A DNA stretch of 63,967 nucleotides, filler included. It is 11 parts of 11 records of this genome, joined end to end, with 100 filler letters (N's around TTAATTAATTAA, not from the genome) between each part and the next. Parts side by side here need not be neighbours in the genome. Positions count along the whole stretch, not along the records: positions 46,807 to 59,907 come from SRR7504441_2888; 10 more parts are not named here. One strand, given 5' to 3'. Shown here one piece after another: positions 46,821-57,840 of this stretch. The notes beneath the pieces are model-generated. The model was given only the letters and a program-made list of their open reading frames with translations. It was not told where the DNA came from and searched no databases. A program made the translations under genes and the position numbers. Within the stretch, counting starts at the first letter, position 1. Each line of letters begins with the position of its first letter.

Positions 46821-48528
46821 CTATGCCGCGTACGGCGCCGCGCAAGGTGGACTGAATGGCGCCCCAGCCGAGCTGTCCGAGAGGACGTTGCGAGAGGTCT
46901 TCCTGAAGCCGTGGCGTGCTTTCGCAGCCGCCGGGGGCAAGGCAGTGATGGCGGCGCATAACAGTGCGTGTAGTTTTGTCGGGGGTGATAGGGGGGCAGC
47001 TGTGCTTGGCCGACCGTGCCACGCGCACCCGTGGCTGGTTAACACTGTCCTGCGGGATGAGATGAACTTTGGCGATGGGTTTGTGATCTCGGATTGCAAC
47101 GACATTGACGCACTTGTCTCATTCAGGACTGCTGCCAATTTATCTCACGCAGCCGCCCAGGCGTTGCTGGGCGGTGTGGACCTTGACCTGCAGTGCGGCA
47201 GCCAGGCGGCGTATACTCAGCTTGAGCAGGCGATCCGCGAGGGTCTTGTCAATCGGTCCACAGTCGAGCTAGCCGCACGCCGGGTGCTAACAGCCAAATT
47301 TGCTCTTGGTCTATTCGACCAGCCGTACGCCGACGAAAGCCTGGCAGCTGGTCTGAATTCTGCGGCTCACCGGGCACTGGCGCTAAAGGCTGCTGAGCAA
47401 GGGATTGTGCTTCTTAAGAATCAGGCACAGACGCTGCCATTGGCGCACCCCGCCACCAGCCCAGCCCAGCACCCACTCCGCCAGATTGCAGTCCTCGGGC
47501 CAAATGCGGGCGGACACGGCGCAGCGGCCAACCTGCTCGGCAGCTACACTCAGTACGATGGGAGCGTGGCTGTCATGACGCCGGCAGATGCGCTGGCTCA
47601 GGTATACAATGGTACTGGTACTGTCGTGCGGTTCGCCCGAGGGGCTGAAATCGGCTCGGATGACCGGTCGGGGCTGCGGACTGCGGTGTCACTAGCTGAG
47701 TCGAGTGACGTTGCTGTGCTGGTGCTCGGAGACGACCTGCGCTCGTCGGCTGAGTGGGGCGACCGCGATGACCTCACGCTCCCGGGCTCACAGATGAGTC
47801 TCCTTCAGGCAGTCGCTGCGACTGGGACACCAACTGTGCTTGTGCTAGTCTCTGGCCGCACTGTGACATTTGGCGACCAGAGCGTGCTCAGCAACGTCTC
47901 AGCAGTGCTCTCCAGCTTCCGACCGGGCCAGATGGGCGGAGTCGCGATTGCCAATCTGCTCACCGGCAAGGCGACGCCGTCGGCTAAACTGGCGCAGAAC
48001 TGGGTACGCTCGGCGGGCCAATCGATGTCTGGAGCCTCGCCCTGGCTGCAGTGGCGGGTGGGCAAGTGGGTGGCCAACTCTCGCGGGACAGTGGATCCAG
48101 ACGGAAGACGCTACGATGACTATAACGGCAGTCCAGCCAACCCATTATTTTACTTTGGGAGCGGGCTGAGTTATACGAGTTTCAATCTGTCGGACTTCAA
48201 GGTGGTGGCTGGAGCAAGTGGCGGTGCCCCGATGGTGGTGACAGTGCGCTTGAGCAATACTGGCGAGCGGCCAGGCACGGAGACCGTGCAAGCCTACGTG
48301 ACAGATCCGATCATGGAGTTTGTGAGGCCTTGGAAGCGGCTGGTTGGCTGGAAACGAGTCGAGCTGCAGCCTGGCGGCATTGAGACGGTCCGAATTGATC
48401 TCACCGAAGAGGCGCTGGCGTTCCACGATGATCAGATGAGGCTGCGAGTGGTGCCTGGTCAATACATTGTCAGCGTGGGCTGTGACAGCTACGATGCGGG
48501 GTACAGGCAAGCCAACTTTACGATTTGA
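46821..48528 (+). CDS. Glycoside hydrolase family 3 (beta-glucosidase/xylosidase; 5'-partial)
   Basis: Motifs YAAYG, LREVFLKPW, GFVISDCND (nucleophile), IVLLKN, EWGDRDDLTLPG, FGSGLSYTSF and a Fn3-like tail. In-frame intron at 46964-46999. Confidence 0.92.
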
Positions 48529-48641
48529 TGCCTGGCATCCAGGATCTAGTTGGGGTTAAGCTGGGCTAGCACCCCAAATGCACAATCCCGTAACAATCCC
48601 GTGCGCGCTCCCATGCAATGGTTAGATCATGATTAAAGTGC

Positions 48642-48803
48642 CAGCGCTAGCTAGCGCTGCGTGCGTAAATGCCGAAAGCATACAGTCCTACTGTACATGT
48701 AGTTTGACGTTTCCACATAACTATATACTTGTACTGTAGGACGGTACCTGATACGAGTACCTGTTAACAGGTACTACTAATTAAAGTACCTGGTACCAGG
48801 TAC
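48642..48803. repeat. Cluster of perfect intergenic palindromes
   Basis: CAGCGCTAGCTAGCGCTG (48642-48659), AGTACCTGTTAACAGGTACT (48756-48775) and GTACCTGGTACCAGGTAC (48786-48803). Confidence 0.85.
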
Positions 48804-48892
48804 CGTAGTCTACGTTTCCCAAGTAATTATTTTCGATTTTCGATTTATGGAGAAAGGTCCGCGGAGACTCCGGGATCACCCGTGTCAGCGAA

Positions 48893-49921
48893 ATGAACGT
48901 CCCGGTGCGGCGAGTGGTGCTTATCGTGGCGATGCAGGAGGAGGCTGAGCCGTTCATAGCGACGCACCAGCTGCAGGAGCAGCGCCCGAGTCCGTTCGCG
49001 TCCGGGATGCCGATGGTGTGCTTTAGCGGGGTGGTGGGCGGCGTTGAGACGCACCTCGTCTGGTGCTACCCACGGCCACCAGTCCTCAGCGGCGGGCAGG
49101 ACCGGGCGGGACGAGCGGTACAAGGTCAACAACGTGGCCACAACGGCCGCCGCTGTCGCCTGCTACGGTGCGCGCCGGGCCTGGCCGCACCCACCGCTGC
49201 GGCAGCGGCATGCACGGCGCTTCGGCCCGACCTAGTGCTCAGCGCGGGCACCGCCGGCGGGTTTGGGGCGACATCCGCCGCGATCGGAGACGTATACCTC
49301 TCAACCAAGTGCGTCTTCCACAACCGGAGGATCCCAGCCGGCGCTGACTACGAGGAGTATGGATTCGGGCACTTCCGGTCGCCGCCGATGCCGGGTCTGG
49401 CCGGCAGCCTAGGGCTCAAGCAAGGGGTGGTGAGCACGTCGGATTGCCTGGACTTTGCGCCAATCGACCTGGATCTGATGCGGAGCGAGGGGGCTTCGGT
49501 CAAGGAAATGGAGGCCGCCGCGGTGGCGTGGGTGTGCCAGCAGCTGGCCGTGCCCTTCCTGGCCGTGAAGAGCATAACAGACATCGTCGACGGGCCCAAG
49601 TGCGTCGAAAAAGAGTTTCTGAGCAATCTAAAGATGGCCTCGGACCGGCTGCAGGTTAAGCTCAGCCAGATGATTCCGTTGCTAGCTGGCAAGCCGCTCA
49701 GCCACTGGGCAACGGGCACCCAAACCGAGGCAGAGCCGGTTCGGGGGCAGCAGAAGCCGGAGCCCCCAGCCACGCCGAGCGTTGTGCCGGGCCGGGCGGC
49801 CACTGTTGCTGTGCCGAGCGATGGGCAGCCACTGACGGGCGGGCTCAATGGTTATTACGTCGTGCTTGGTATTGCTCTGAGCTTGTGTGTCGGGGTCATC
49901 CTCGTTCGAAGACGCCAATGA
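48893..49921 (+). CDS. 5'-methylthioadenosine/S-adenosylhomocysteine nucleosidase with a C-terminal transmembrane tail
   Basis: Motifs IVAMQEEAEP, PDLVLSAGTAGGF, KEMEAAAVAW and KSITDIVDG. Introns 49063-49099 and 49168-49205 restore LVW|TGRDERYKVNNVATTAAAVACY|A. Confidence 0.9.
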   Translation: MNVPVRRVVLIVAMQEEAEPFIATHQLQEQRPSPFASGMPMVCFSGVVGGVETHLVWCYPRPPVLSGGQDRAGRAVQGQQRGHNGRRCRLLRCAPGLAAPTAAAAACTALRPDLVLSAGTAGGFGATSAAIGDVYLSTKCVFHNRRIPAGADYEEYGFGHFRSPPMPGLAGSLGLKQGVVSTSDCLDFAPIDLDLMRSEGASVKEMEAAAVAWVCQQLAVPFLAVKSITDIVDGPKCVEKEFLSNLKMASDRLQVKLSQMIPLLAGKPLSHWATGTQTEAEPVRGQQKPEPPATPSVVPGRAATVAVPSDGQPLTGGLNGYYVVLGIALSLCVGVILVRRRQ

Positions 49922-50244
49922 TTCAACCGACGGCATATAGACGGCATACATGCATGTATAAACAGAAGCACCCATTACAGTGTATGCCTATACGTGCATC
50001 AATTTTATGGGAGCAGTCGGGGCTCCTTAGTTAAGCTTCCAACTGGTCATGATACATGATTGTAATTATGAGGACGATATAAATTACAAACCCGGTGATC
50101 ATGGATGATAACATTTAGAAGTTCTAAAAGGCTAAGAAAAGACTACATGTACAATGTCGTGCAGTGAGCGAAATCCGCAAATGTTGACTTCTCCAAAAGC
50201 ATGCCATTGAAGTGATTGAACGCGCAGTCGACTTGCACTCGGTC

Positions 50245-53117
50245 TCAATTCTCATCAGCAGCGAAAAAGTCGACAGGCTTGCCTGCGGAGGCCTCGGCAA
50301 CAGCAAGAACAGACGCAGAAGCTGCATCAGTCGAGGTCGGGATCGAGAGCTGCACAGGGCTGAACCCATCGGCGCTCGCCTCGACCACAATCGGATCCGT
50401 GCTGCTGTGGATTGCGAGCGCGTTGGTTGACATTGGCCCAATCACGTCGATCTGCTGAAGGAGCGAATGCTCATGAAATGGCCGACCCGCAGTGGAGGCG
50501 ACTCTCACGATGCCTCTTGCCAGCCCATGCCACGCCGTAACCTGCCAACAGACGTGAGGTGGGAGCAGGGATGGGCACGCACCCACGGGGCATTGTTCGG
50601 GTGATGATTGTGGGGATCGCCATTGTGTGCGCCCTGCACGTAGCCTGGGCCGCTCAGCACCTTGAATGTGATGTTGCTGCTGTCCAGGGTCATGCGACGA
50701 CCGGCAGAGTCCACCACAGTCGCCCGCAGGAGTGCCACGTCGTCGCCGTCCAGCAGGAGCGCATCCCCAGTGCCGGTGAGCTTGCTCGGAGCGTCGAGTG
50801 TGAGCTTGAGGCCCGAAGCCTTGCCATTGGTGATCCGGCTGGTTGAGGCCACTGTCTTGCCAGCGGCGTCCTTGGCCAGCGCTGTCAGGTTGCCAGCTTC
50901 CCACGGCACTGCCAAGAATTCGGCGTACGAGCCCGGCCCCTTGGTCATCGCAGTGATGGGACGCGAGCCCTGTGACTTGCCGTTGACCAGCAGCTCGACC
51001 GTGGGGGCTGACGAGTACACGTGGATGTCGCGGGTGGTGTTTCCTTTGGTCGAAGGGAAAGAGTCCGGGCTCTCCCAAGACTCAACCAGATGCACTTCTT
51101 GCTTGCCGTTGGTATAAAACGTCTTGTCTGGGCCGTCTGGGATCGTAGTAAGCCACTGCATACGGTACCAAAACGCAGCGGCCTTGGGGAAGCCGGACAG
51201 GTCGTACTGCCCGTATGTGGAAGACACCTCGCCTTGACCAGTCGCCCCGCCCACAGGAGGCTCGCCATAGTAATCGAAGAGGGTCCAGACCATCGTGCCG
51301 ACTGCATAGTCGACGCCATCGGACGCATTGGTGGCCGAGTTGGACTCAGCGCAGCGAGCGTTGAAAGATTTCTGGATGCCCGTCTTGTGCGGGTTGTCGG
51401 ACACGGTCTCAGTCCCTTCGTCCTCGTCACGCATGGTCTGCCAAACGGATCAGACAGCGACCCAAGCACAGTCACTCACATTGCAGCTGCAGCATTCGCT
51501 CATAAAGATCGGTTTCTTGGGCATGGCCGCGTGGCAAGAGTCCAGCTTCTGCCGGCTCTGATGAGAGAAGCCCTGCACGTCGATAGTGTTGGAGAGCAGA
51601 TCGTTGAACGTAAACATGTTGGCAAGCACCGGCCGGGTACCGTCAAAGTGAGTGCTGATGTCCTTGAACCGTGGCCCTCCATTCTCGTGGCTACCCTCGC
51701 ACCCGCCTTCGTTGCAAAAAGACCAAATCACCACGGCAGGGTGGTTCCGGTCGCGCTTGACTAGAGTGCCCATGTTGTTTACGTACGCCGTGTTGTTATC
51801 AAACAAACGATTCTCGTCCATCACAACAACGCCAACTCGGTCATAGATATCGAGCAGCCGCGGGTCCGGAGGGTTGTGCGATGTGCGTCTGCCGTTGCCG
51901 CCTACCGCCCTTGAGGCCTGGGCCCGGAACAGGTTGATCCTCGGTGGAATCGCCATCCCGACAACAGCAAAGTTGGTGTGATCGCAGAACCCACGCACCT
52001 GTCATGCCCGACTCAGCCCAGGAGCGCCCGGACCGGCCACCTTGAAATGCTCCTGGTTGAGAGCAAACCCGTCGGTCGAGTCGTAGTGCAGTGAACGGAA
52101 GCCAGTGGTGATGTTCTTGGCATCGAGCATCGCTCCGTCCGACCCGTGGACTGATACCGCCACTGTGTACATAGTCGGGGATGCCGAATTCCACAGCTTG
52201 ACGTTGGCCACTTGCATGGAGGCCGCCGCAAGCCCAGTAGTGCCCGGTTGGACTGTGATCTTGGCCGAGCTGGCAGTGGCCACTGTGCTGCCCTGGTTGT
52301 CGATGAGAGCGAACTCGGCTGTGATCTCGCCCGCCTGAGAGCGGTCATTCTGCATTTCAACCGAAACGTGCAGCGCCGCGGACTCGGCCGACATCTGGCG
52401 GGGCCGCCCCCCGTTCCAGGCCTCCAGCCCGGCTGCAGAGTGAGATATGTTCGAGTAAGCAAACACGCCATCTTCCGCAATGTGCATCTTGCTCGCCTTC
52501 ACCAAGGTCACGTGCCGGTACAGCCCGCCGCCCTCGTACCACCAGCCGGAGCCCGACTCGCGGCCGCCGCTGTCGCCGTTGTCAGGGTCAATGAAGAGAG
52601 TGATGGCGTTCTTGCCGCTCATGCGGACCGAGGTCGTGTTGTCCAGGCGGAGCCGGAACGGTGTGTACCCGGAGGCGTGGGTGAGCACCTTCTGGCCGTT
52701 CAGCCAGACCACGGTGCTCCGGAAGGCCCCCTCGAAGTCCAGCCAGATGTCCTCGTCCTCGTCCCCGGCCCAGCTGGAAGGGAGAGTGAACTCCTTCCGG
52801 TACCAGAGCACCTTCCGCTGGATGAAGCTCTTGCCGCTACACCCGCCCGGGCAGCCGGTGGCGGTCGGGGCCGAAGCGATCAGCCCGTCATGCGGCAGTT
52901 GCACTTGCTCCCAGCCGGAGCTGTCGTAGCTCAGCGCGGCCTCGGGCGGCGATGCCCCAGGGTCCGGGTTGGCCGGCGGCTCAGTGCCGTACGGCTCCGG
53001 ATGTACCGAGAGCCCGGAGGTGTGCCGCCAGCCGAAATCGAACGGCACGCTCTCCCTCGCGTGCGCGGCGCACGCCAACAACGCCAATGTGGTCAGGGTC
53101 CGGCTTCGCAATGCCAT
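50245..53117 (-). CDS. Secreted glycoside hydrolase family 2 (beta-galactosidase-like)
   Basis: Signal peptide; motifs WYRKEF, LDFEGAF, GGGLYRHV, RRTSHNP, RDRNHPAVVIWSFCNE, PIFMSEC and WTLFDYYGEP. Introns 51999-52040, 51438-51479 and 50542-50582. Confidence 0.92.
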
Positions 53118-53253
53118 TGGTGGCCTGCTCGGTTTGTGGTCTCGGGGGGCTTCTCAAAAATAACGGCGGTTCAACGGACCTGTAGCCCCCACGCGCGAGC
53201 CTCGCTGGACAAGGGCTCGCTGAACAGGCGAAGGGAGTCTGCTTTGTAGACCT

Positions 53254-54438
53254 ATGCCGGTGGTACCGCTCGAGCGGGCGCGTGAATGCGGGTACTGGCG
53301 GCAGCTGTGCCCCGGGCTGAACCTGATGGGCTCGGAGCCGCTCGAGCCGTCGGCGGGCTTCCAGCCAGACCCGGCGATCAGGGCACAGATCGACGCTGAC
53401 GGGTACGCGGTCTTGCAGCAGCCGGCCTCGCCGCTGGTGCGCCGGCTGCGCGAAGGCGTGGCCCAGTTGGTGCGGGCGGGCTGGCCGGCCAGCTTCGTGC
53501 TGCTGTACGACGAGGCCTGGCAATTAGTCCGCCTGATGAGCCGACCGATGGCCCGGGCGACCGGCAACCTCCCCAACATGGACATCGTCGCGTGGCACGT
53601 GGACCACGCCGCCGGTCAGAGCGGGTTCTCCCCGCACCGCGACCGCCAGCCTGACGACGTGCCCGGCTCGTTCCGGCCTGACGGGAGCCCGCGCTACAGT
53701 ACCTGCTGGGTGGCGCTGTCCGACGCGCTGGCCGAGAACGGCTGCCTTTACGTGATCCCTCGCGGGGGCGACCCGGGGTACTTTGAAGGCGACGCGGACG
53801 AGCTGGACGCGCCGAACCCGCTCGCGCGCTGCCTGAGTTCCAAACAGGCGCATCAGCGGATCATGGCGCTGCCCTGTCCGGCTGGGAGCGCTGTGCTGTT
53901 TAGCCACCGCGTCATACACTGGGGCTCCCAGGGCCGCAAGAGCTCGCCACTCCCGGCCCGGGTCTCGTTCTCGTGCGCGTTTGCGGACGACAAGTTCGAA
54001 CCGGCCTATTTCGACAGGTCGCTCCTGGACGGATCGGTGCCATGGGAGCATCGGATGGCTCTCGCCGCGGGGCAAATGATCGTCTACTGCCAGAGGTTCG
54101 ATATGAGGCCGGACCAGCTGCTCTGGTACTGGAGGGCGCACTGCCAGGCGGCCGAGCAGGCCGAGATGCACCCGAGCTATTTGATGAAAGTGCGGGAGGA
54201 GTTTGCAAAGGCTGCGAGCAGCGCGCTCCGAGGCCGGGACCACCGGGGGCTAGCGCTCCCTGATGCGATGATCTGCCCGGACGGTCAGCTGGCGGATGAG
54301 CTGGCCGAGGCCGGGATGGACGCAGCGGCTCATTGCCCAACAGATGTTCTGGAGGCCCTTGAGTCTGAGCCCGAGCCCGAGCCCGAGCCAGCCAGGCCGA
54401 AGAAGCGGAAGAAGAAGGTCACCTGCGAAGCGTCATGA
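53254..54438 (+). CDS. PhyH-like Fe(II)/2-oxoglutarate dioxygenase
   Basis: Motifs PHRD, TCWVALSDALAENGCLYVIP and AGSAVLFSHRVIHWGS; basic NLS-like PKKRKKK tail. Confidence 0.8.
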   Translation: MPVVPLERARECGYWRQLCPGLNLMGSEPLEPSAGFQPDPAIRAQIDADGYAVLQQPASPLVRRLREGVAQLVRAGWPASFVLLYDEAWQLVRLMSRPMARATGNLPNMDIVAWHVDHAAGQSGFSPHRDRQPDDVPGSFRPDGSPRYSTCWVALSDALAENGCLYVIPRGGDPGYFEGDADELDAPNPLARCLSSKQAHQRIMALPCPAGSAVLFSHRVIHWGSQGRKSSPLPARVSFSCAFADDKFEPAYFDRSLLDGSVPWEHRMALAAGQMIVYCQRFDMRPDQLLWYWRAHCQAAEQAEMHPSYLMKVREEFAKAASSALRGRDHRGLALPDAMICPDGQLADELAEAGMDAAAHCPTDVLEALESEPEPEPEPARPKKRKKKVTCEAS

Positions 54439-54855
54439 TGGTTTCACGCTACCGGAAGGTGGACACGGAAACCACCTGTCCAGCGATCGTGAATAAATCA
54501 ATCACTAAGTACGTAGCATTCTAAGTAGCGTTAGTGTTCGTTGCATAAATTATCGCGCCACGGATACGGGCAATGATTACTGTGTCAGATAATATTAATC
54601 ATGATTGTAAATACATAAGCCGGCCTTGTTGCACGGTGGCCACGCTTAGGGAGAACTGAACATAAACTGGACACAGTGTTATACCCACGTGGGCATCGCC
54701 CGCACGTCTCATCGGTCGCAACTTGAGGATTCTGCGGCACCGCGACGCATCTGCATTGGGCGATCAGCCCCGGAGCTTTGGCATTTTTCTTCACTTGCCG
54801 TTGACGATCTCAGCTAGCTGTGTGACAGGCGGGCCCGGACGGCAAGTCGAATTCC

Positions 54856-56874
54856 ATGGACCCGCGCTCGGCCAAGCGGGCCCGGACCTGCGACCAGGCG
54901 GACGAGGACAGGGCGCTCCAGTCCTTGTTTGGCCAGTTTGACCGGAACGGGGACGGGGGGCTGGATGCTCAGGAATTCGAGCGACTGATCTGTCGGCTGG
55001 ACGTCGGAGTGACTGGGCTGGAGGCCCGTCGGATGTTCGGCCGGCTGGACCGGCAGGCGGAGGGAGTTATTGGGCTGGGGCTGTTCAAGCAGGAGCTGCA
55101 GCGCAACCGATTCCTCCAGATGGCGGTGCAGCAGCTCATCGCGCCATGCACGCTGGAGGTGCCCGCCAGCTACGACTACAGCCAGCCGAGCTTCATGGCC
55201 TGGAAACACCCGTCGTATCGGACAGGCCAGGCGGGCGGCACCAGCCAGACCAAGGAGTGGGACGAGGCCGAGCACGGAGAACTAGTAGGCCAGTATGTTG
55301 CGGCCCGGCGGCGGGTTGACTATTCGTGGCACACTAACTTTGCTCCGGACAGGCAGCGCTGGCAGGACTGTGTGATAAGCGGGGTGGTGTCCAGGCACAG
55401 GGAGGACACGGCGCTCCAGCAGTCCTGGATAGTCTTCACGGCGGGCGCGATGGGCGCCGGCAAGGGGTATGCGATGCGCTGGATGTCCGACCACGGGCTT
55501 ATGGAGCTGGAGACGATGGTCCGTATAGACCCCGACTACTTCAAGCGGAAGATGCCCGAGTGGTCGGGATACGTGGAGCGCGACAGGGAGCAGGTCAGCC
55601 GCTCAGCCGGGATGCCATGACTGTGATGTTCAGGCCGGAGCTCACTGCCACAAAGAGAGTGGCTTGATGCAAGAGCTGGCGCAGGAGGCCGCACTGCAGG
55701 CCGATCGCAAGTGCGCGCGTGCTGGCCGGCCCAAGTGCTGATTGGGTGCAGTGTGTGGGTGGACGGCTCACTTGGCGACCACGCCTGGTTCACGCGAGTG
55801 TTTGAGGACATTCGGCTCCGGTTCCCGCAGTACAGAATCGCTATCGTCTACGTATCCTGCACAACCGAGCAAGTGCTGGCACGCGCAGCCCGGCGCGGGG
55901 CGGTCACTGGTCGTGTGATTCCTGAAGCCGCGCTGCTGGATTCGATCAGTAAGACTGCTGAGTCTATCAGCGTGCTCGGGAATCAGGCCGATTGGCTGGC
56001 CGTGCTTAACACAGAGAACAAGACCCCGCGCGTGGTCCGAATCGAGGATCGGACCCATTCCTTCGCCCCAATCGCGGCTCGGTTCGCGCCCGGCAGGAGA
56101 TCAGCGTTCCCACGAGCGCTGCCCGCGATCAAGCTTTTGCCGACTGAGGGCATGCTGCTGCAGTTACCAACGGCGGCTGGGTGGCCCCAGAGCAGCACCG
56201 GGCAGCGGTTGAACCTGGAGCTGGACACGAGTCAGGCTGTGCCCGAGCCGGTCCGATCAAGCAAGTTGTTTGCCAGTGCGCTGGGCGAGGCGGCCTGTTG
56301 TGACAAGTATAAGATGGTGCTCTCTCCGATCTCTGAGGTGCATGCGCTTGGCTGGCCAGCTTAGCTTGGATACTAGGTGAACCTAGACATTGAGAGTCGA
56401 AGCCAGCTGGGCATCCCAGCCGAGGCCAGCCACTTTGCGTACTGCTTCGGCGCAGTGGACAAGGCCAGCGGCGGCCGGATGCCCAGGCAGAGTCTGGAGG
56501 GCCTCCCGCTCTGTCAAGTGAGGTCGACCCTCCAGCTGATGTTACATGGCGGTTTTGTCTACATCAGCGACAAGCGGATGCTGCAGGCCAACATTTGTGC
56601 CTCGCAGCAGGAGCTCGACGGCAGCAGTGCCGGGCAGCCGGTCAAGGCCCTGCAGTTTGGGAAACCCATCCAGGCGCCGCGGGATTTCGAGCTGCGGGTC
56701 ACTGAGTGCAGCCGTTGGGCTCCGACGGTGTTCAGCTTTGTGGTCGAGGGCCGCTCAAACCACTTCACTTGGGTTGGACCCGGCGAGACGCCGACCGCGC
56801 CATTCGGAGGTTTCTACTACCAGCTCGGCGAGGATGAGAGGCCCGTGTTGTTTCCGGTTCTTGTGCACACGTAA
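54856..56874 (+). CDS. EF-hand plus zeta-toxin-type P-loop kinase
   Basis: EF-hand FDRNGDGGLDAQEF; kinase motifs FTAGAMGAGKG, IDPDYFK, HKESG, VWVDGSL and VLARAARRGAVTGRVIP. Introns 55594-55633, 55711-55751 and 56338-56376. Confidence 0.8.
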
Positions 56875-57163
56875 AAACGTAATGAGTGCTCGATTAATAT
56901 ACGATTAATAGGTGTTCGAATCTATGTTGCACAATCATGAGAAGCTTAATTAACATATGAGTTACTTCGGATCCACCGTCCATTAAGCTACAATTAAGCG
57001 TTCTTTAAAATATTATACGTCCATGACAGCGTTCCAATTCACCGAGTTCGTGGACAATGGCCGAATGGCGCCGGAGTGTTCCGAATTTCAACACACTGAG
57101 CCAAGGCTTTAATCAAGGGATAATCATTGATTTCTAAACCGAACGCTCTTGCTGACGCTATCA

Positions 57164-57730
57164 TCAGCATAGAGGCCCTTCGAAAGTACCGCGCCAGCTC
57201 GAACTAGGTTCAAGCGGCTGTACGCCCACCCTTCGCTGGGGCTCTGAGCTTGGGACCGGAGGAAGCTGCGAGCCATAACCAACCGCTTGAAAGGCCCGAA
57301 GCCTGAACCCACGCGGTAGGAATCAGCTGGCAAGGCTCTCCCAGGCGCACCGGCCACGCCGTACTCTGGCCTTGATAGTCCTTCGCTCGGCTTCGGCCAC
57401 CCGCTGGGCAGCTCCATGGTAGCGCAACGCTTTTTCGCGGGCCTCAGAGTCTGTGCCAACTGCGTAGTGCGCCGCAGCAATGTTGCCGAGTGCACATGAA
57501 GTACTCAGGGTGTCACCGCTCTCAGCGGTTCGGCGGTAAATCTCGGCCATCCGAGGCGCGATCGCCACCGGCAGGCTGGCGGTGTACTCCTGGCTGCTCT
57601 GGCACTCGTGTGCTGTTCGGCCAGCCCCGTAGCGGCAGCCGCGGAACTGGCGCTCGCCGTCGTACTCGATCGTTGCCCTGCTCCAGCCCTGATTTTGCTG
57701 ACACTGCAGGCTGAGCGTATGGCTGACCAT
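57164..57730 (-). CDS. Small unknown protein with a TPR-like helix pair
   Basis: Contains CALGNIAAAHYAVG..AREKALRYH. One inferred 48-nt GTGCG..CAG intron. The boundaries are uncertain. Confidence 0.35.
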
Positions 57731-57840
57731 CCCAGGGGCGGCTGCCGGCTCCTGCAGCGGAAGCTGCGCCCTCATCCCAGGTACGAGGCCCCCATGCCTA
57801 TTTACAAGGCCGGTTCTGATTTTTTTATTCGTCCACGAAA

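Noticed and set aside
54856-56874. Bacterial epsilon/zeta toxin-antitoxin module
   Set aside because: The gene has spliceosomal introns and EF-hands and there is no adjacent antitoxin.
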